Source: an uncultured Lentisphaerales bacterium | GTDB lineage: Bacteria > Verrucomicrobiota > Lentisphaeria > JABSQK01 > UBA12247 | Direction: 5' to 3' | Assembly: GCA_943788985.1 (NCBI GenBank) | Contig: CALSSJ010000005.1 | Coordinates: 96,001-160,000, forward strand | DNA length: 64,000 bases | In this document: positions 33,323 through 44,193 of the stretch, in pieces | How the letters are laid out: each line of letters begins with the position of its first letter | Numbering within the stretch: position 1 is the first letter of the stretch | Translations under genes and position numbers: made by a program | The notes under the pieces: generated by a model | The model's input: the letters and a program-made list of their open reading frames with translations, nothing else | Database searches by the model: none | What the model was told of the DNA's origin: nothing

Positions 33323-34359
33323 TCCGGGGCCTGTCTAAATACCAGGCGCATTCCGTCCATATTGCCCTCGCGGTAGGAGCGGTCGAGCCGGACCTGCAGA
33401 TACTTCATGGTCTGGTTTTCCAGCAGTTCCTCTTCACTGAGAATGAGCGCGGTCAGAGCACCGCCGAATACCGCGCCGGTATCAACATTGACGGAGATGA
33501 CATCGGAAAGTGACCGCTCGAAGCAGGTGCGCTCGGGCCAGTCAGTATGATGGTGCCCATGCGGCTGCGGGCTGATGAATTTCACAAACGGGCGGGCAAG
33601 GCTGGCGTTGTAGTTGCCAATGTCTTCCCAGAATTGGCCCAAGTAGAGGGTGGGTGTGTGGCCGTGCACCAGGATGAAATCACCGAAGCGTGTATCGGGT
33701 TCGACCCGATTCCAGAGGTGGAGCGCGTCCGGACTGACGCGGCTGTTGCGGTGACAGGCGTGATAGGCGTCAAACGTAGTCAGGCCAAGCTGCCGCTCAA
33801 TGGAAATATCCGGTGGATCATAGCTGCGCGCCCGTGCCTTCTGGTACAAGCCTGCGTGGGTAAAGGCAAAGTTTACTGCCTGCTCACCCTCACCAATCGA
33901 GTCTTGGTGGGCGTAGCTCATGCGTTGGAAAAAGTCTAGATACTGGTCCTCGAGGACGAAGTCCTCTGCCTTAAAGGGCCGTTGGCGAATGCGATCAAGA
34001 AACAGCTTTTGGGCGACCTGCGGGTGGCGGTCGAAGGAGACTATGCTGGTCTGGCCACCGTTGCCGTTGAACCAGACGTTTCCGTACTGTTCGAGGATGT
34101 CGGTCTGATTGACGAAATGCAGCAGCATATCGTCGTGGTTTCCGGCGATGAACACTGTGGGCCATTCTTCTTCGGCCGCGAGCAGGATATCAATGACTTC
34201 GCGGCTGGATGGGCCGTAGTCGATATAATCGCCGAGAAAGACCAGCTTGCTCTGTTCACCCCGGTCGAAGTCGAACGACCGGATATGTTGAAAGAGTAGG
34301 CGCAACGGATCTGACATCCCGTGAATGTCACCGATAACCCAGACGCATTTATTACCCAT
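33319..34359 (-). CDS. PPP-family (ApaH/PrpA-like) metallophosphoesterase, putative Ser/Thr phosphatase
   Basis: GDIHG, GDYIDYG, GNHD, HAG, HGHTP, VDTGAV.GG.LTA. Confidence 0.9.
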   Translation of the reverse strand: MGNKCVWVIGDIHGMSDPLRLLFQHIRSFDFDRGEQSKLVFLGDYIDYGPSSREVIDILLAAEEEWPTVFIAGNHDDMLLHFVNQTDILEQYGNVWFNGNGGQTSIVSFDRHPQVAQKLFLDRIRQRPFKAEDFVLEDQYLDFFQRMSYAHQDSIGEGEQAVNFAFTHAGLYQKARARSYDPPDISIERQLGLTTFDAYHACHRNSRVSPDALHLWNRVEPDTRFGDFILVHGHTPTLYLGQFWEDIGNYNASLARPFVKFISPQPHGHHHTDWPERTCFERSLSDVISVNVDTGAVFGGALTALILSEEELLENQTMKYLQVRLDRSYREGNMDGMRLVFRQAPE

Positions 34360-34538
34360 CGCATTCGTCCCGCGGGCTGAGATTGCACCGGTAAACTGCG
34401 AACAATGCCGTGTCGCGCCCATTTGGCGATCGACCGTTGCCGTGGATTTAGTCTCTGAATCTGATTAAGGTGGTGATTTTCAGACTTCAGGGGCGTCATG
34501 AAGCCACTTTTTAATTACTGCCGGGACGTGCGATCGTC

Positions 34539-35521
34539 TTGAAGTCGGACAAACAGAACCAGATTGGGAACTGCCTGCAGCGACGGCTGCTCGTGTATGC
34601 CGCGCTATCGCTCAGCATCGGCGGAGTTGTGCTGGCGTCTGTCGCAGCGTACCCCCCATACCGGCAGATTCGCACTGCGAATACGACTGCCTTGGTCTTT
34701 GCGGCGAACAGCTGCGCGGTGGCCATCGGCGAGTACCTGAGCCAGCTGCCGGCCGTGTCCGGGCTGATTACCACGCAGACCAAGGCTCGTGAGAAGCTGG
34801 AGGATTATAAAGCGATCAGCGTGACAGTTCATGTCGCCGCCAGTGCGCGCACCAAGACCAGTGTGGGCATCCATGTTTCGGTCACCGACACAAGAATCGG
34901 AATGACGACCGAGCAGTAGGCGAGAGTCTTCGACCCCTTCAAACAGGCAGATAGCGCCACCACCCGCAAGTATCACGGAACCGGCCTTGGACTCAGCATC
35001 TTTACACAAGGCGTACGTCTGCTGGATGGCGACCTCTGGGGCGAAAGGGAGCTTAGCGTGGGGGGTATTTTCATGTGAACTCCACTGGCGAGATTGGCAA
35101 AGAGCGTGTTGCCGAACAGGAGGAGCCCGCTCGACCGGCGGCGGCGCCGCTGGGCAAGTCCCGTGGGGCCCGCATTTTCGCCGCGGAGGACTTCGAAGCC
35201 AACCAGAAACTGCTCAGCCTTCTGCTGAATTGGATGGGGCATGAGGTCACCATTGCTAGCGACGGTGAAGAAGCCGTGGCGCTCGCTAAGGCAGGCGGCT
35301 TTGACCTGTTCTTGATGGACGTGCAGATGCCCAAGCTCGATGGCTTACGCGCCGCCGGTCAGATTCGGGAGTTCGAGGCTGAGACCGGGCAGCATATCCT
35401 GATTTTCGCCATGACAGCCCATGCGCTAGCTGGCGATCGCGAGAAATGCATCGACGCAGGGATGGACGAGTATGTGGGTAAGCCGATCCAGCGCAAGCAA
35501 TTGGAGAGGCTCATCGCCTAA
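34539..35521 (+). pseudogene. Collapsed hybrid histidine kinase (sensor stub + HATPase remnant + REC)
   Basis: [39 protein letters not shown] with in-frame TAG at 34917-34919 and a frameshift at ~35070; no HisKA; intact-looking REC at 35075-35521. Confidence 0.8.
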
Positions 35522-35572
35522 TACGCTGGTCTATGCACTGCGGAAGAGGCTGCGGCTCCAGCTTTCGACCAG

Positions 35573-35902
35573 GTGGGATTTCTCGAAGTGATCGGCGGGC
35601 GGATGGGCGTGGCAGCAGAACTGCAGTCTGTGTGGCAGCAGGAAGCCCGATCGCTCGTGGGGTGCCTTGAGGCGGCGCTGGCCAGCGGGAATGCGACTGA
35701 TGTCGTGTTCGCCGCTCACCGGGTGAAAAGCGCGCTCAGTGTCTTTCGAACTGCTGCAACAGATGTGGCTGCGAAGATGGAGCAGCGCGCACGCGTGGGG
35801 AGGCTGGGCGCCGCTGCTGCCCTGATGGACAAGCTGTTCACCTCCAGCAAGGAGTGTGAGCAGGCGATGGTCGACATGCTCAGTCCGGATACTGGTAACT
35901 GA
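35573..35902 (+). CDS. Hpt domain protein (possibly part of the kinase remnant)
   Basis: AAHRVKSA helical-bundle motif following the REC. Confidence 0.65.
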   Translation: MGFLEVIGGRMGVAAELQSVWQQEARSLVGCLEAALASGNATDVVFAAHRVKSALSVFRTAATDVAAKMEQRARVGRLGAAAALMDKLFTSSKECEQAMVDMLSPDTGN

Positions 35903-35903
35903 C

Positions 35904-36782
35904 CTACGTCGCCGGAGGCCGCTCGCGAGAATCACTCCAGACGCCGTAGCAGATACCTAGGGCGATAATCACAACGGATGGCCAAAATGCCCGGCTGGGT
36001 ACTTCGGCGAGAAACAGATAGGCCCAGATTGAAGCGAAGAACACCTGCCCGAGATTACTCAGCGAGACCAGTTGACTGCCCACGTGTCGCAACGCTCGGT
36101 TCAGGCCTGAGTGGCCTAGCGCGGTAGGGAAAATTCCCAAGCAAAGGACCAGCCCGATCTGGTGCCCATCAAGCGGAGGCATAATTCGCTCGAACAGCAA
36201 CGCGCAGAGCAGGCAAACCAGGCCGCTGACTAGATAAAGTGGGGGCATGTAAAGCCAGAGACTCGGCAATTCTCGGTTGCGCCGTCCGGCGATCAGGTAC
36301 CCGCACAACCCCAACATCGATGCCAGCGCCAGCAGGTCCCCAGGCAGGTACTCGGGATTCATGTTGAAGTCCCCGGCCCCCACGAGCAGCACGCCTGCGA
36401 TCGCCACCAGGGTCGAGATCCACTCGTTGCGTGTCACGCGCTCCTTGATCGTCAAATGCAGCATCAACGGCATCGCCAACGGAGCCAGATTCACGATCAA
36501 CACCCCATTCGCCGCGGGCGTCTTTCTCGCGGCCACAATCCACAACATCATATGGCCGGCGAACAACACGCCGGGCATCACACTGCGCTGAAGAGCCGGC
36601 TTCCAGTCCTGTCGGGGCAATTTTTGCAGCGCACCGACAAAGAGCGGGAGTAAGATGAGCGCGCCTAGGAATGAGCGGGTCGAGGCCAGCAGCAGCGGCG
36701 GCCATTCGCTAGCCTTGATGAAGATGACTGCGGTCGAGCAGTTGATCACTGCGAACAGCAGCAGCAGGTAATGTCGGGTCAC
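35904..36782 (-). CDS. DMT/EamA family transporter
   Basis: ~10 hydrophobic segments; GDLLAL, PT.LGH...N.AL. Confidence 0.88.
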   Translation of the reverse strand: MTRHYLLLLFAVINCSTAVIFIKASEWPPLLLASTRSFLGALILLPLFVGALQKLPRQDWKPALQRSVMPGVLFAGHMMLWIVAARKTPAANGVLIVNLAPLAMPLMLHLTIKERVTRNEWISTLVAIAGVLLVGAGDFNMNPEYLPGDLLALASMLGLCGYLIAGRRNRELPSLWLYMPPLYLVSGLVCLLCALLFERIMPPLDGHQIGLVLCLGIFPTALGHSGLNRALRHVGSQLVSLSNLGQVFFASIWAYLFLAEVPSRAFWPSVVIIALGICYGVWSDSRERPPAT

Positions 36783-37582
36783 GCAGGGACCAATTCCTTG
36801 CTAGCTTGGGCGAGAGCCTCAGCGATCTCCTCCGCGGGTTTTGCGGAGTTCGCAACCAGCCGGCCGATGAATCCACCCGCTGGCAGGTCGAAGCTTGCGG
36901 CCAATACCTCCGGCATCTCGGCCACGCGCCCGCTGGGCGGGGTGCCCCCTACCCGCTTGATCTCGGTGGCAAGGGTCTCCTGCAGTGAGTCGGGCCAACC
37001 GATCGCATAGATCGTCTGCAGCACCGGAAATCGGAACGCGCGGGGTGTGTCGGCCGGCAGTGCCTGCGGATCCCAGACCACCTGCGTCGCTCCCCGCTGA
37101 ATCTCCACGTGGCTCTCAAACCGATCGAATGCGAACGCCTCGCCACTGCCAAGGCGACCTGCGTGCACGGTCTCGATCAACAACAGGCGGCCCTCCGGGT
37201 GAACCTGCCAGCTTTGTCGTTGCGCCGCGCGGGTGGCGCTATGCAGGACCAGCGGCGGCATCTGCGAAATCACCGTGGCACCCTCTGCTACGGTCCCGGT
37301 GGTTTGCCAGGACACTGTCGCGTCTTCCTGCGTGCAGCGATAGGCGCGGCCGTGAGACTGGCCGCTCAGGAGCAGGGCGGCCGACTGTTCGCAGCGGACG
37401 TCTAGCGAGACATCGTCGCCCTGCACCAAGCCTCCGCCGTAGGATGAGACCATCACATGGCAGAGGCCGTCGTGTCGTGGATTCAGCAGCCTGAGTGGGT
37501 TCACACTGCGCCAGGAGGTAATGCGGGACTGCCCGCGAGTGAAAGCGACCGTCAGGTGAGACTGCCGGTCATGGGTGGACAA
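36779..37582 (-). CDS. ureD: Urease accessory protein UreD/UreH-like
   Basis: PLRLL.P, SYGGGLVQGD, GR..SGE.FAF; start uncertain. Confidence 0.8.
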   Translation of the reverse strand: MSTHDRQSHLTVAFTRGQSRITSWRSVNPLRLLNPRHDGLCHVMVSSYGGGLVQGDDVSLDVRCEQSAALLLSGQSHGRAYRCTQEDATVSWQTTGTVAEGATVISQMPPLVLHSATRAAQRQSWQVHPEGRLLLIETVHAGRLGSGEAFAFDRFESHVEIQRGATQVVWDPQALPADTPRAFRFPVLQTIYAIGWPDSLQETLATEIKRVGGTPPSGRVAEMPEVLAASFDLPAGGFIGRLVANSAKPAEEIAEALAQASKELVPA

Positions 37583-38006
37583 TGCGCACTCCGCAATACA
37601 CAATCACCAGCGCCAGCACAAAGCTGACCTGGCCCAGAATCATAGCAAGCTTGCGGTAGAGACCGGGATCTTCGCCAGCACGCACCAGCGCGCCCAACTT
37701 GGGGCCGATGTACCAGTCATGCAGGGCGGACGCGACCAACAGCAAAGTCACCAGCCCCATCTTGGCATGAATCCATGGTGATTTCATGTGCCCCCCTGTC
37801 ACAGCCAAGTACACACCGGTGCCAATGGCGACTAGCAGCGCAGCCCAGCCGATCACGCGAAACCGCCCAGCGGTCTTGCGCAGCAAGTCAGAGCGAGTGG
37901 CCGGGTCTTCACCCTTTAGTCCAGGAATAAGGGCAAAGGCAATAAAAGCAGATCCGCCGACCCAGATGATGGCGGCGAGAACATGGAGAAAGACGATCAA
38001 TTGCAT
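37569..38006 (-). CDS. CopD/DUF4149-like four-TM membrane protein
   Basis: LHVLAAIIWVGG, K..LV..LL..SALHD. Confidence 0.75.
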   Translation of the reverse strand: MQLIVFLHVLAAIIWVGGSAFIAFALIPGLKGEDPATRSDLLRKTAGRFRVIGWAALLVAIGTGVYLAVTGGHMKSPWIHAKMGLVTLLLVASALHDWYIGPKLGALVRAGEDPGLYRKLAMILGQVSFVLALVIVYCGVRIVHP

Positions 38007-38545
38007 GTAGCGGTCCTGAGAGGTGGTGAGTATTGCTCGCGCAACCTACGCCATCTCGTGACGATCCCAAGCTCCAAGCTTGCCACGAGGCTCAGGAATG
38101 GCCGCAAAACCCCATTATTTCCCCATTCCTGATTGCAGGGCCATGGTGGGGTGACAATCATAATGCGGTTGCCAATTACGAGAAGCTTGCTGGCGAGGGC
38201 TACACCGTCGGTGCCAAGACCTTCCGCTTCTTCGCCTTAGACTAGCAGTCTGTCGAAGCGAGAAATCGTATCGATTTCGTGCAGATTTCAGACCTTGAAG
38301 GGCGCATGAGGTCTTTATGTAACCGAAATCGCTAGAAAAATGCACAAATGGAGACGGTTTTGCAGCCGGAGCGGCTAAGTCTGACAGGCTGCTAAGATTA
38401 TCAATGTCAGCCGGGAACATTGGCGCCCTACCCAGGTCGAACTGGCACGTTCGGGGCTGGCAGTTGCCACGCACAAGTTGCGCGGTGCTTCGAGCCCGGT
38501 ACGGTAGCGCCCGTTAAAACATACCAACCCCTTCGAGACCCTTCC

Positions 38546-39190
38546 ATGACGTCATTCAAACGCTCCGCACTGTTCGTCGCTATTGCCTCACTCAGCTGTC
38601 TCCTTGGCTTGGCCGCACCCGCAGAACCTGCCGCTGAAGTTGGCCCTGATAAGCACGGTGATGGCATCTATGCAGAGTTTGTCACCGATGCTGGCACCAT
38701 GTTGCTGCGCCTGCACTACGACAAGGTGCCCATGACCGTGATCAACTTTATCTCGCTCGCCGAAGGCACGGGCCTTGCCACGACCCGCCAGGGGCGTTTC
38801 TACGACGGGCTTACGTTTCACCGCTGCATCTCAAACTTCATGATTCAGGGCGGCTGCCCAGACGGACGCGGCACTGGTGGACCTGGCTACAAGTTTGCCG
38901 ACGAGTTTCATCCGGACTTGCAGCATGATGGCCCGGGCGTATTGGCGATGGCTAACTCGGGTCGAGCCACCAACGGAAGCCAGTTCTATATCACCCACAA
39001 GGCAACCGGCCACTTGAACAACAGGCACACGGTATTTGGTCGGATCGTGACCGGTCAGAACGTGGTCAACACGGTGACGAAGGGCACCAAGATCAAGAAG
39101 GTGAATATCCTCCGCGTGGGCGATGCCGCCAAGGCATTCAAAACGGACGGCGATGCCTTCAAAGCCGCGAAAGCTGCGGCTAAAAAATAA
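38546..39190 (+). CDS. Secreted cyclophilin-type peptidyl-prolyl isomerase
   Basis: Signal peptide; FHRCISNFMIQGG, MANSG..TNGSQFYITH. Confidence 0.95.
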   Translation: MTSFKRSALFVAIASLSCLLGLAAPAEPAAEVGPDKHGDGIYAEFVTDAGTMLLRLHYDKVPMTVINFISLAEGTGLATTRQGRFYDGLTFHRCISNFMIQGGCPDGRGTGGPGYKFADEFHPDLQHDGPGVLAMANSGRATNGSQFYITHKATGHLNNRHTVFGRIVTGQNVVNTVTKGTKIKKVNILRVGDAAKAFKTDGDAFKAAKAAAKK

Positions 39191-39203
39191 AGCATCGCTG
39201 CGG

Positions 39204-39880
39204 CTAATCTGCGGGCAGCTCGAACCAGAGTTGCTGGGCGCGGTGGTCGCACAGCTCACTGCACTGCTGTGTAGGGTGTAAGCGCGGGCCTATCAGGCAG
39301 TGATCCAGGGCGATCAGCGGCAGCCGGGCAGGCCAGGTGAAGTTGAGCCCGTCGCCAATGAGCGAGTAGGCGTGCTGATAGCCTTTGGCAACCATTTGGC
39401 CGGAGTGGGCGCTGCGCGGGGTATTGAAGTCGCCCAGCACGAGGTCGAGTGCTTGGCGTGCATGGCGCTGGATATCGCGCAGTTCGCCGCGGACTACCAG
39501 AAGCATCGTGCGCAGCCGCAGGACTCGACGGTTTGCGAAGCCCGCAGCGCCAATGTCCTCGGTCACCTCCGAAAGCAGAAGCAGGTCTGTATCCCAATCT
39601 GTGGTTTGTTTGACAACCGCGGTCTTGCCTTGCTGAAGCCACAAGACGTTCCAGTGCAAGGCCGATAGCCCGTGGGGGGGAGATGGGGCTGCGGCTAGCC
39701 GGGAATTAGAAAGCAGGAAGATTGCCAGCGGTAGCATTGCAGAGATCGCAAATCCTACTGCATAGAGCCAGTGTTTTTCCCGCAGCAAAGGTCAACGCTA
39801 TCAGGATCTGCAATGCCGGTCAGGAACCAGCGATCACTGACCAGCTGGCAGACTGTCCAGACTTGCAAGGGCATGGCAGT
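39204..39880 (-). pseudogene. Internally deleted endonuclease/exonuclease/phosphatase-family gene
   Basis: LHWNV, LSE, LGDFNTP, TWP...LDH motifs with the central strands missing; N-terminal fragment in another frame. Confidence 0.6.
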
Positions 39881-39923
39881 AAGCGCTGTATATTTTCCAG
39901 GGAGATCCGGGGTGGCGGTGCGC

Positions 39924-41171
39924 TCAATCTTCGCTCACGTGCGGCAGGCGCTCAATGGGAGTCGGACTGCTGGTGTCGGTACGCTGGACCTCGCTGAATC
40001 GCGAGAAACAGATCCGCGAAATGCACTGGTGAAAGTTCTCGTGCCCGCTCAGGATATCGATCTCGACGCGCATCAGCAAAACGGGCAAGTCACAACGATC
40101 TAGCTTTGGAAAGCGCACGGCGTCTTTCTCGGTGGTGAGCACCAGTTCGGCACCTTTCTCGATGCCGTTGTTGATGCAGTCTATGATCTCCTGCTGCGTG
40201 TAACGGTGATGGTCCGCATGCCGCTCGAGATAGACCAGGGTGGCGCCAAAGCGCTTTAGAAACCGCTCGAAGCTCTCCGGGGCGGCAATGCCGCAGATGG
40301 AGGCGATCTTCTTGCCCTTGAGATAGTTGAGGGCCAGGACTTCCTGCGTGTAGACGTTTCGCAGGTACTGCGGTTTATGGCTGCACTCGATGATTTCGGC
40401 GTGGTGGTTGTGCCGCTTGATGAACTCTTTCAGGTGGCGCAGGTGCGCTCCGCCGTTGGACTTGGTCAGGAAAATGAAGTCCGCGCGCCGGAGGTTCTTG
40501 ATTGGCTCGCGTAGGAGTCCGCGCGGCAGGAGGTGGTGGTTGTCGAACGGGCGCGTGGAATCGACCAGCATGATGTTTAGGCTGGGCTTGAGCGGCAGAT
40601 ACTGAAAGCCGTCATCAAGAATCAGGGTATCCACGCCAAACTCGCTGATCGCGTAGCGGCCGCATTTGACGCGGTCCTTGTCGACGAGCACGATCACGTC
40701 CTTGAGATTGCTCGCAAGCATGTACGGCTCGTCGCCAGCAAGATCTGAGTTGAGCAGCAGCCGACGTCCGTCCGAGACGACACGTGGCGGCACGTCGCTG
40801 GCGCGCCGGAACAGCTTGTCCGTGATCTTCTCGAGAAACGTGCGGTTGCTCTTGCTGCGATAGCCGCGACTCAGAATGGCGACTTTGCGGCCGTTGTGGG
40901 TCAGAGCACGGGAGAATACTTCCACCACTGGCGTTTTGCCGGTGCCGCCCACGGTGAGATTGCCGATGCTGACTACGAGGCAGCCCAGGGTCCGATGCCG
41001 AAAGAGACCCTGCCGGTACAGCGTCAGGCGCAGTTGCACGGCAAAACGGTAGACACGGCTGAGGCAGAAGAGCGCCGCTTTCGCTGCGGTGTCCGCAGGG
41101 GAATGACGGCGTTCTTGCATCAGGTCGGTGACGTAGGTCTCGACCTGTTCGTTAAACGGGCGTTTCGCCAT
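39924..41171 (-). CDS. lpxK: Tetraacyldisaccharide 4'-kinase
   Basis: [43 protein letters not shown]. Confidence 0.96.
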   Translation of the reverse strand: MAKRPFNEQVETYVTDLMQERRHSPADTAAKAALFCLSRVYRFAVQLRLTLYRQGLFRHRTLGCLVVSIGNLTVGGTGKTPVVEVFSRALTHNGRKVAILSRGYRSKSNRTFLEKITDKLFRRASDVPPRVVSDGRRLLLNSDLAGDEPYMLASNLKDVIVLVDKDRVKCGRYAISEFGVDTLILDDGFQYLPLKPSLNIMLVDSTRPFDNHHLLPRGLLREPIKNLRRADFIFLTKSNGGAHLRHLKEFIKRHNHHAEIIECSHKPQYLRNVYTQEVLALNYLKGKKIASICGIAAPESFERFLKRFGATLVYLERHADHHRYTQQEIIDCINNGIEKGAELVLTTEKDAVRFPKLDRCDLPVLLMRVEIDILSGHENFHQCISRICFSRFSEVQRTDTSSPTPIERLPHVSED

Positions 41172-41303
41172 GAAAAGTTCCGGGGGGCGCAGCAGCGTGG
41201 GGCCGGTACTATGAGTTGGATGGTCGTGTTCGCAATGCGTGAATTTCGCGCATGCGCGTACGTTTTCGCATCTTTGACCACTATTATGATCCAGGGAAGC
41301 GGA

Positions 41304-42926
41304 ATGATCTCAGCGAGCGATCTGACCATGCGCTACGGCAAGCGCGTGCTATTCGAAAAGGTAAATTGTGTATTTAAGCCGGAGTGCCGCTATGGCCTGA
41401 TCGGCGCGAACGGGTCTGGAAAGTCCACGTTCATGAAGATTCTTACCGGCCAGGAAGAAGCAACCGCCGGTGAGGTGATGATTGAGAAGGACTGTAGTCT
41501 CGGCTATCTCCGGCAGGATCATTATGAATTTGACGATGAAACTGTGCTCAACACTGTGTTTATGGGTGATAAGGCGCTCTGGAGCATCCATAAGCAGCTG
41601 GATGATCTTTATGCGAAAGGCGACCTGACCGACGAAGAAAGCCACCTTTGCGGTGAGTTAGAGCTGGCCTATCAAGAGGCGGACGGTTACTCGATGGAGG
41701 CTAATGCAGCTAAGCTGCTGAACGGCCTCGGGATTAGCGATGAGTTTTATTACGAGCCCCTTAGTTCCTTGACCGGCGGCTTCAAGCTGCGCGTGTTGCT
41801 GGCGCAGGTGTTGTTCGGCGATCCTGATATCCTGCTAATGGACGAGCCTACTAACCATCTCGACATGGCCAGCATCGACTGGTTGGTCAACTTTCTGTCC
41901 CGCCGGCGCGGTACCGTGGTGCTGATCTCCCATGACCGCCATTTCCTGAACAGCGTATGTACTAACATTGCCGATCTCGACTATCAGTCGATTCGGATGT
42001 TTCCCGGAAATTATGATGATTTCATGACTGCGGACGCGATGGTAAAAGAGCGTGCGCAGAAGGAAAACAAGAAGATGGAGAAGCGGATTACTGAGCTCAA
42101 AGAGTTCATCAACCGCTTCAGCGCCAATGCAAGTAAGGCCAAGCAGGCGACCTCGCGCCAGAAGGAACTCAACCGTATTGAGCTGAATGAGATTGCTCCG
42201 AGCTCGCGCATCTCACCCTACATTCGTTTCGAGCCGGAGACGCCGCTCGGGGATCGCGTGATTGAGCTTGAGGGCATCAGCAAAGCCTATGACACCACGC
42301 TGTTCAAGAACTTCACCGCCAGCATCACGAGCGAAGATAAAATCGCGATCATTGGTAAAAACGGCGCTGGCAAAACCACGCTGCTGCGCATCATGCTCGG
42401 CGAGCTGGCGCCGGATTCTGGCAAGGCGATTCTGGGTGAGACCGTGCAGGTGAACGATTTCCCGCAGGACAACACCAGCCTCCTTGCTGGTGACGAGAAG
42501 GCCATCGACTGGCTGACCCAGTGGAATCCTGGTGATGAGGGAATCACCGATAATGAGCTTCGTTCTGCGATGGGGCGCATGTTGTTCCGCGGGGATGATG
42601 TATTCAAGCCTATCAGCGTGCTGAGCGGTGGCGAGCGCGCGCGTCTGGTGATTGCCAGAATGCTGCTGCAGGGCGGAAACCTGCTGGCGCTTGATGAGCC
42701 CACAAACCATTTGGACCTGGAGAGCATTGAGGCGGTGAATTACGCCCTTTCGCTGGTCGAGACCACGGCAATCTTCGTCAGCCACGACCGCGAGTTCGTG
42801 CGAAGTATTGCCACCCGGATCATCCTGATCGAGGACGGCGAGATTATCGACTACCCTGGGACGCTGGACGAGTTTGAAGATTGGCAGAAGCGGCAGAAGC
42901 GTCAGGACAAGAAGGAGCGCAAGTAG
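41304..42926 (+). CDS. ABC-F family ATPase (YbiT-like)
   Basis: Two ABC domains (GANGSGKST, GKNGAGKTT, DEPTNHLD twice), SKAKQATSR linker, no TM. Confidence 0.93.
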   Translation: MISASDLTMRYGKRVLFEKVNCVFKPECRYGLIGANGSGKSTFMKILTGQEEATAGEVMIEKDCSLGYLRQDHYEFDDETVLNTVFMGDKALWSIHKQLDDLYAKGDLTDEESHLCGELELAYQEADGYSMEANAAKLLNGLGISDEFYYEPLSSLTGGFKLRVLLAQVLFGDPDILLMDEPTNHLDMASIDWLVNFLSRRRGTVVLISHDRHFLNSVCTNIADLDYQSIRMFPGNYDDFMTADAMVKERAQKENKKMEKRITELKEFINRFSANASKAKQATSRQKELNRIELNEIAPSSRISPYIRFEPETPLGDRVIELEGISKAYDTTLFKNFTASITSEDKIAIIGKNGAGKTTLLRIMLGELAPDSGKAILGETVQVNDFPQDNTSLLAGDEKAIDWLTQWNPGDEGITDNELRSAMGRMLFRGDDVFKPISVLSGGERARLVIARMLLQGGNLLALDEPTNHLDLESIEAVNYALSLVETTAIFVSHDREFVRSIATRIILIEDGEIIDYPGTLDEFEDWQKRQKRQDKKERK

Positions 42927-42933
42927 TCCTGCC

Positions 42934-44193
42934 ATGACCGCGTGCCCGCCGGATCTCGCCCCAGAGAGCCGGTGGGCTGCGCGCAGACTGGATGTGGCCC
43001 TGCTGATCGCCGGTCTGCTGCTGTGTCTGTTTTTCACGGAGCATCGCGTGCATGGCGATGGCGCAATCCGTTTTGACTCGGTACAGGCGATTCTGCGGGG
43101 AACGATACCCGACGGAAAATACTCCTTGATCGGGCCATTGGGCGCGCTGCCATTGGTGGTTCTCGGAACGCTTGCGGAAAACCCGTATGCTGTCGCGGGC
43201 CTGTACAACTTTGCGGTGTTCGCAATTGCCCTGTTCGTGTTATGGTTTGAGCTGGGGCATGTGCTGCCTGACTCAGTGCGTCGCCGCACGCTGCTGTTGC
43301 TGGTCGCCGGATCGATGTTCGCGGCACATCAGCGCGAGTTCTACGGCGAGGTGTTTACCGCGGTTCTGCTTGCCGTCGGCAGCGTCCGGCTGGTGCGCCG
43401 GTGCGATCTCAGCGGCTGGCTGTTGATTGGTCTCGGCATTGCCAACACACCGCCGACCATCGTCGCTGGCGGCCTGCTCGCGCTGGTGCTGTGCCGCCAA
43501 CGAAAGAGCTGGCTGCCTTTGCTGGGCCCCGCGCTGCCGCTGGTGCTGATTCTGGCTGAAGCGTGGATCCGCCGCGGCTCCCCATTCGCGCTTGGCTACT
43601 CCGGCGATGCCGGGATGGTCACGGTGCTGCCATATTCCGGCAAGACAGGGTTCAGCTATCCATTTATTCTCGGCGTGGTTTCGATCCTGTTTTCAGTGGG
43701 AAAGGGGCTGCTTTTTTATGTGCCGGGACTCTTTCTGGGTGCTGCGAACTCCGCAAAACCACAGACGCGAGACCTGTGGCAACTATGGCTTGCCTTTACG
43801 ATCGGGCTGGTGGTGATTTACGCGAAATGGTGGTCCTGGTATGGTGGTTGGTTTTGGGGGCCGCGCTTCTTTCTCTTTGCCTGTTTTCCTGCTTCTCTGG
43901 CGTTGGCCTGTGAGCTGGACCGGCGGAAACTTCTTGCGGCGTTCGCAACCGTACTTTCGGTCTGGGTTTGCTTCTGTGGTGCGGTGTTTGGGCAGATGAA
44001 TGCTGGACCGCTCAGCGAAGTTGACGTGGCCTGGGAGTTCCTTACTTGGTACGTGCCAGAGAACAGCGCCATTCTGCAGCCGTTGGTCGATCCATGGCCG
44101 GTTGGTCTAAATGCCGTGCCATGGGCCCTGTTCAGTTTGGTGGTTGTCGCCCGTCTCCTGATTCCGGTGTTTCGTGAAGATTCTCGCGCTTGA
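42934..44193 (+). CDS. Polytopic membrane protein, possibly GT-C-like
   Basis: ~10 TM segments; HGDG...F, W.GG..WGPRF; overlaps the downstream GT. Confidence 0.6.
   Translation: MTACPPDLAPESRWAARRLDVALLIAGLLLCLFFTEHRVHGDGAIRFDSVQAILRGTIPDGKYSLIGPLGALPLVVLGTLAENPYAVAGLYNFAVFAIALFVLWFELGHVLPDSVRRRTLLLLVAGSMFAAHQREFYGEVFTAVLLAVGSVRLVRRCDLSGWLLIGLGIANTPPTIVAGGLLALVLCRQRKSWLPLLGPALPLVLILAEAWIRRGSPFALGYSGDAGMVTVLPYSGKTGFSYPFILGVVSILFSVGKGLLFYVPGLFLGAANSAKPQTRDLWQLWLAFTIGLVVIYAKWWSWYGGWFWGPRFFLFACFPASLALACELDRRKLLAAFATVLSVWVCFCGAVFGQMNAGPLSEVDVAWEFLTWYVPENSAILQPLVDPWPVGLNAVPWALFSLVVVARLLIPVFREDSRA

Noticed and set aside
38033..38245. 70-aa ORF in the intergenic gap
   Set aside because: TTG start, no RBS and no family recognised; may be a remnant but I cannot support a call.
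22973..39190. Two similar cyclophilins as a recent duplication
   Set aside because: Cytoplasmic plus secreted paralogues are ordinary, and the similarity is limited to the conserved core.
42213..43289. 358-aa minus-strand ORF
   Set aside because: Antisense to the ABC-F and membrane genes; typical high-GC shadow ORF.
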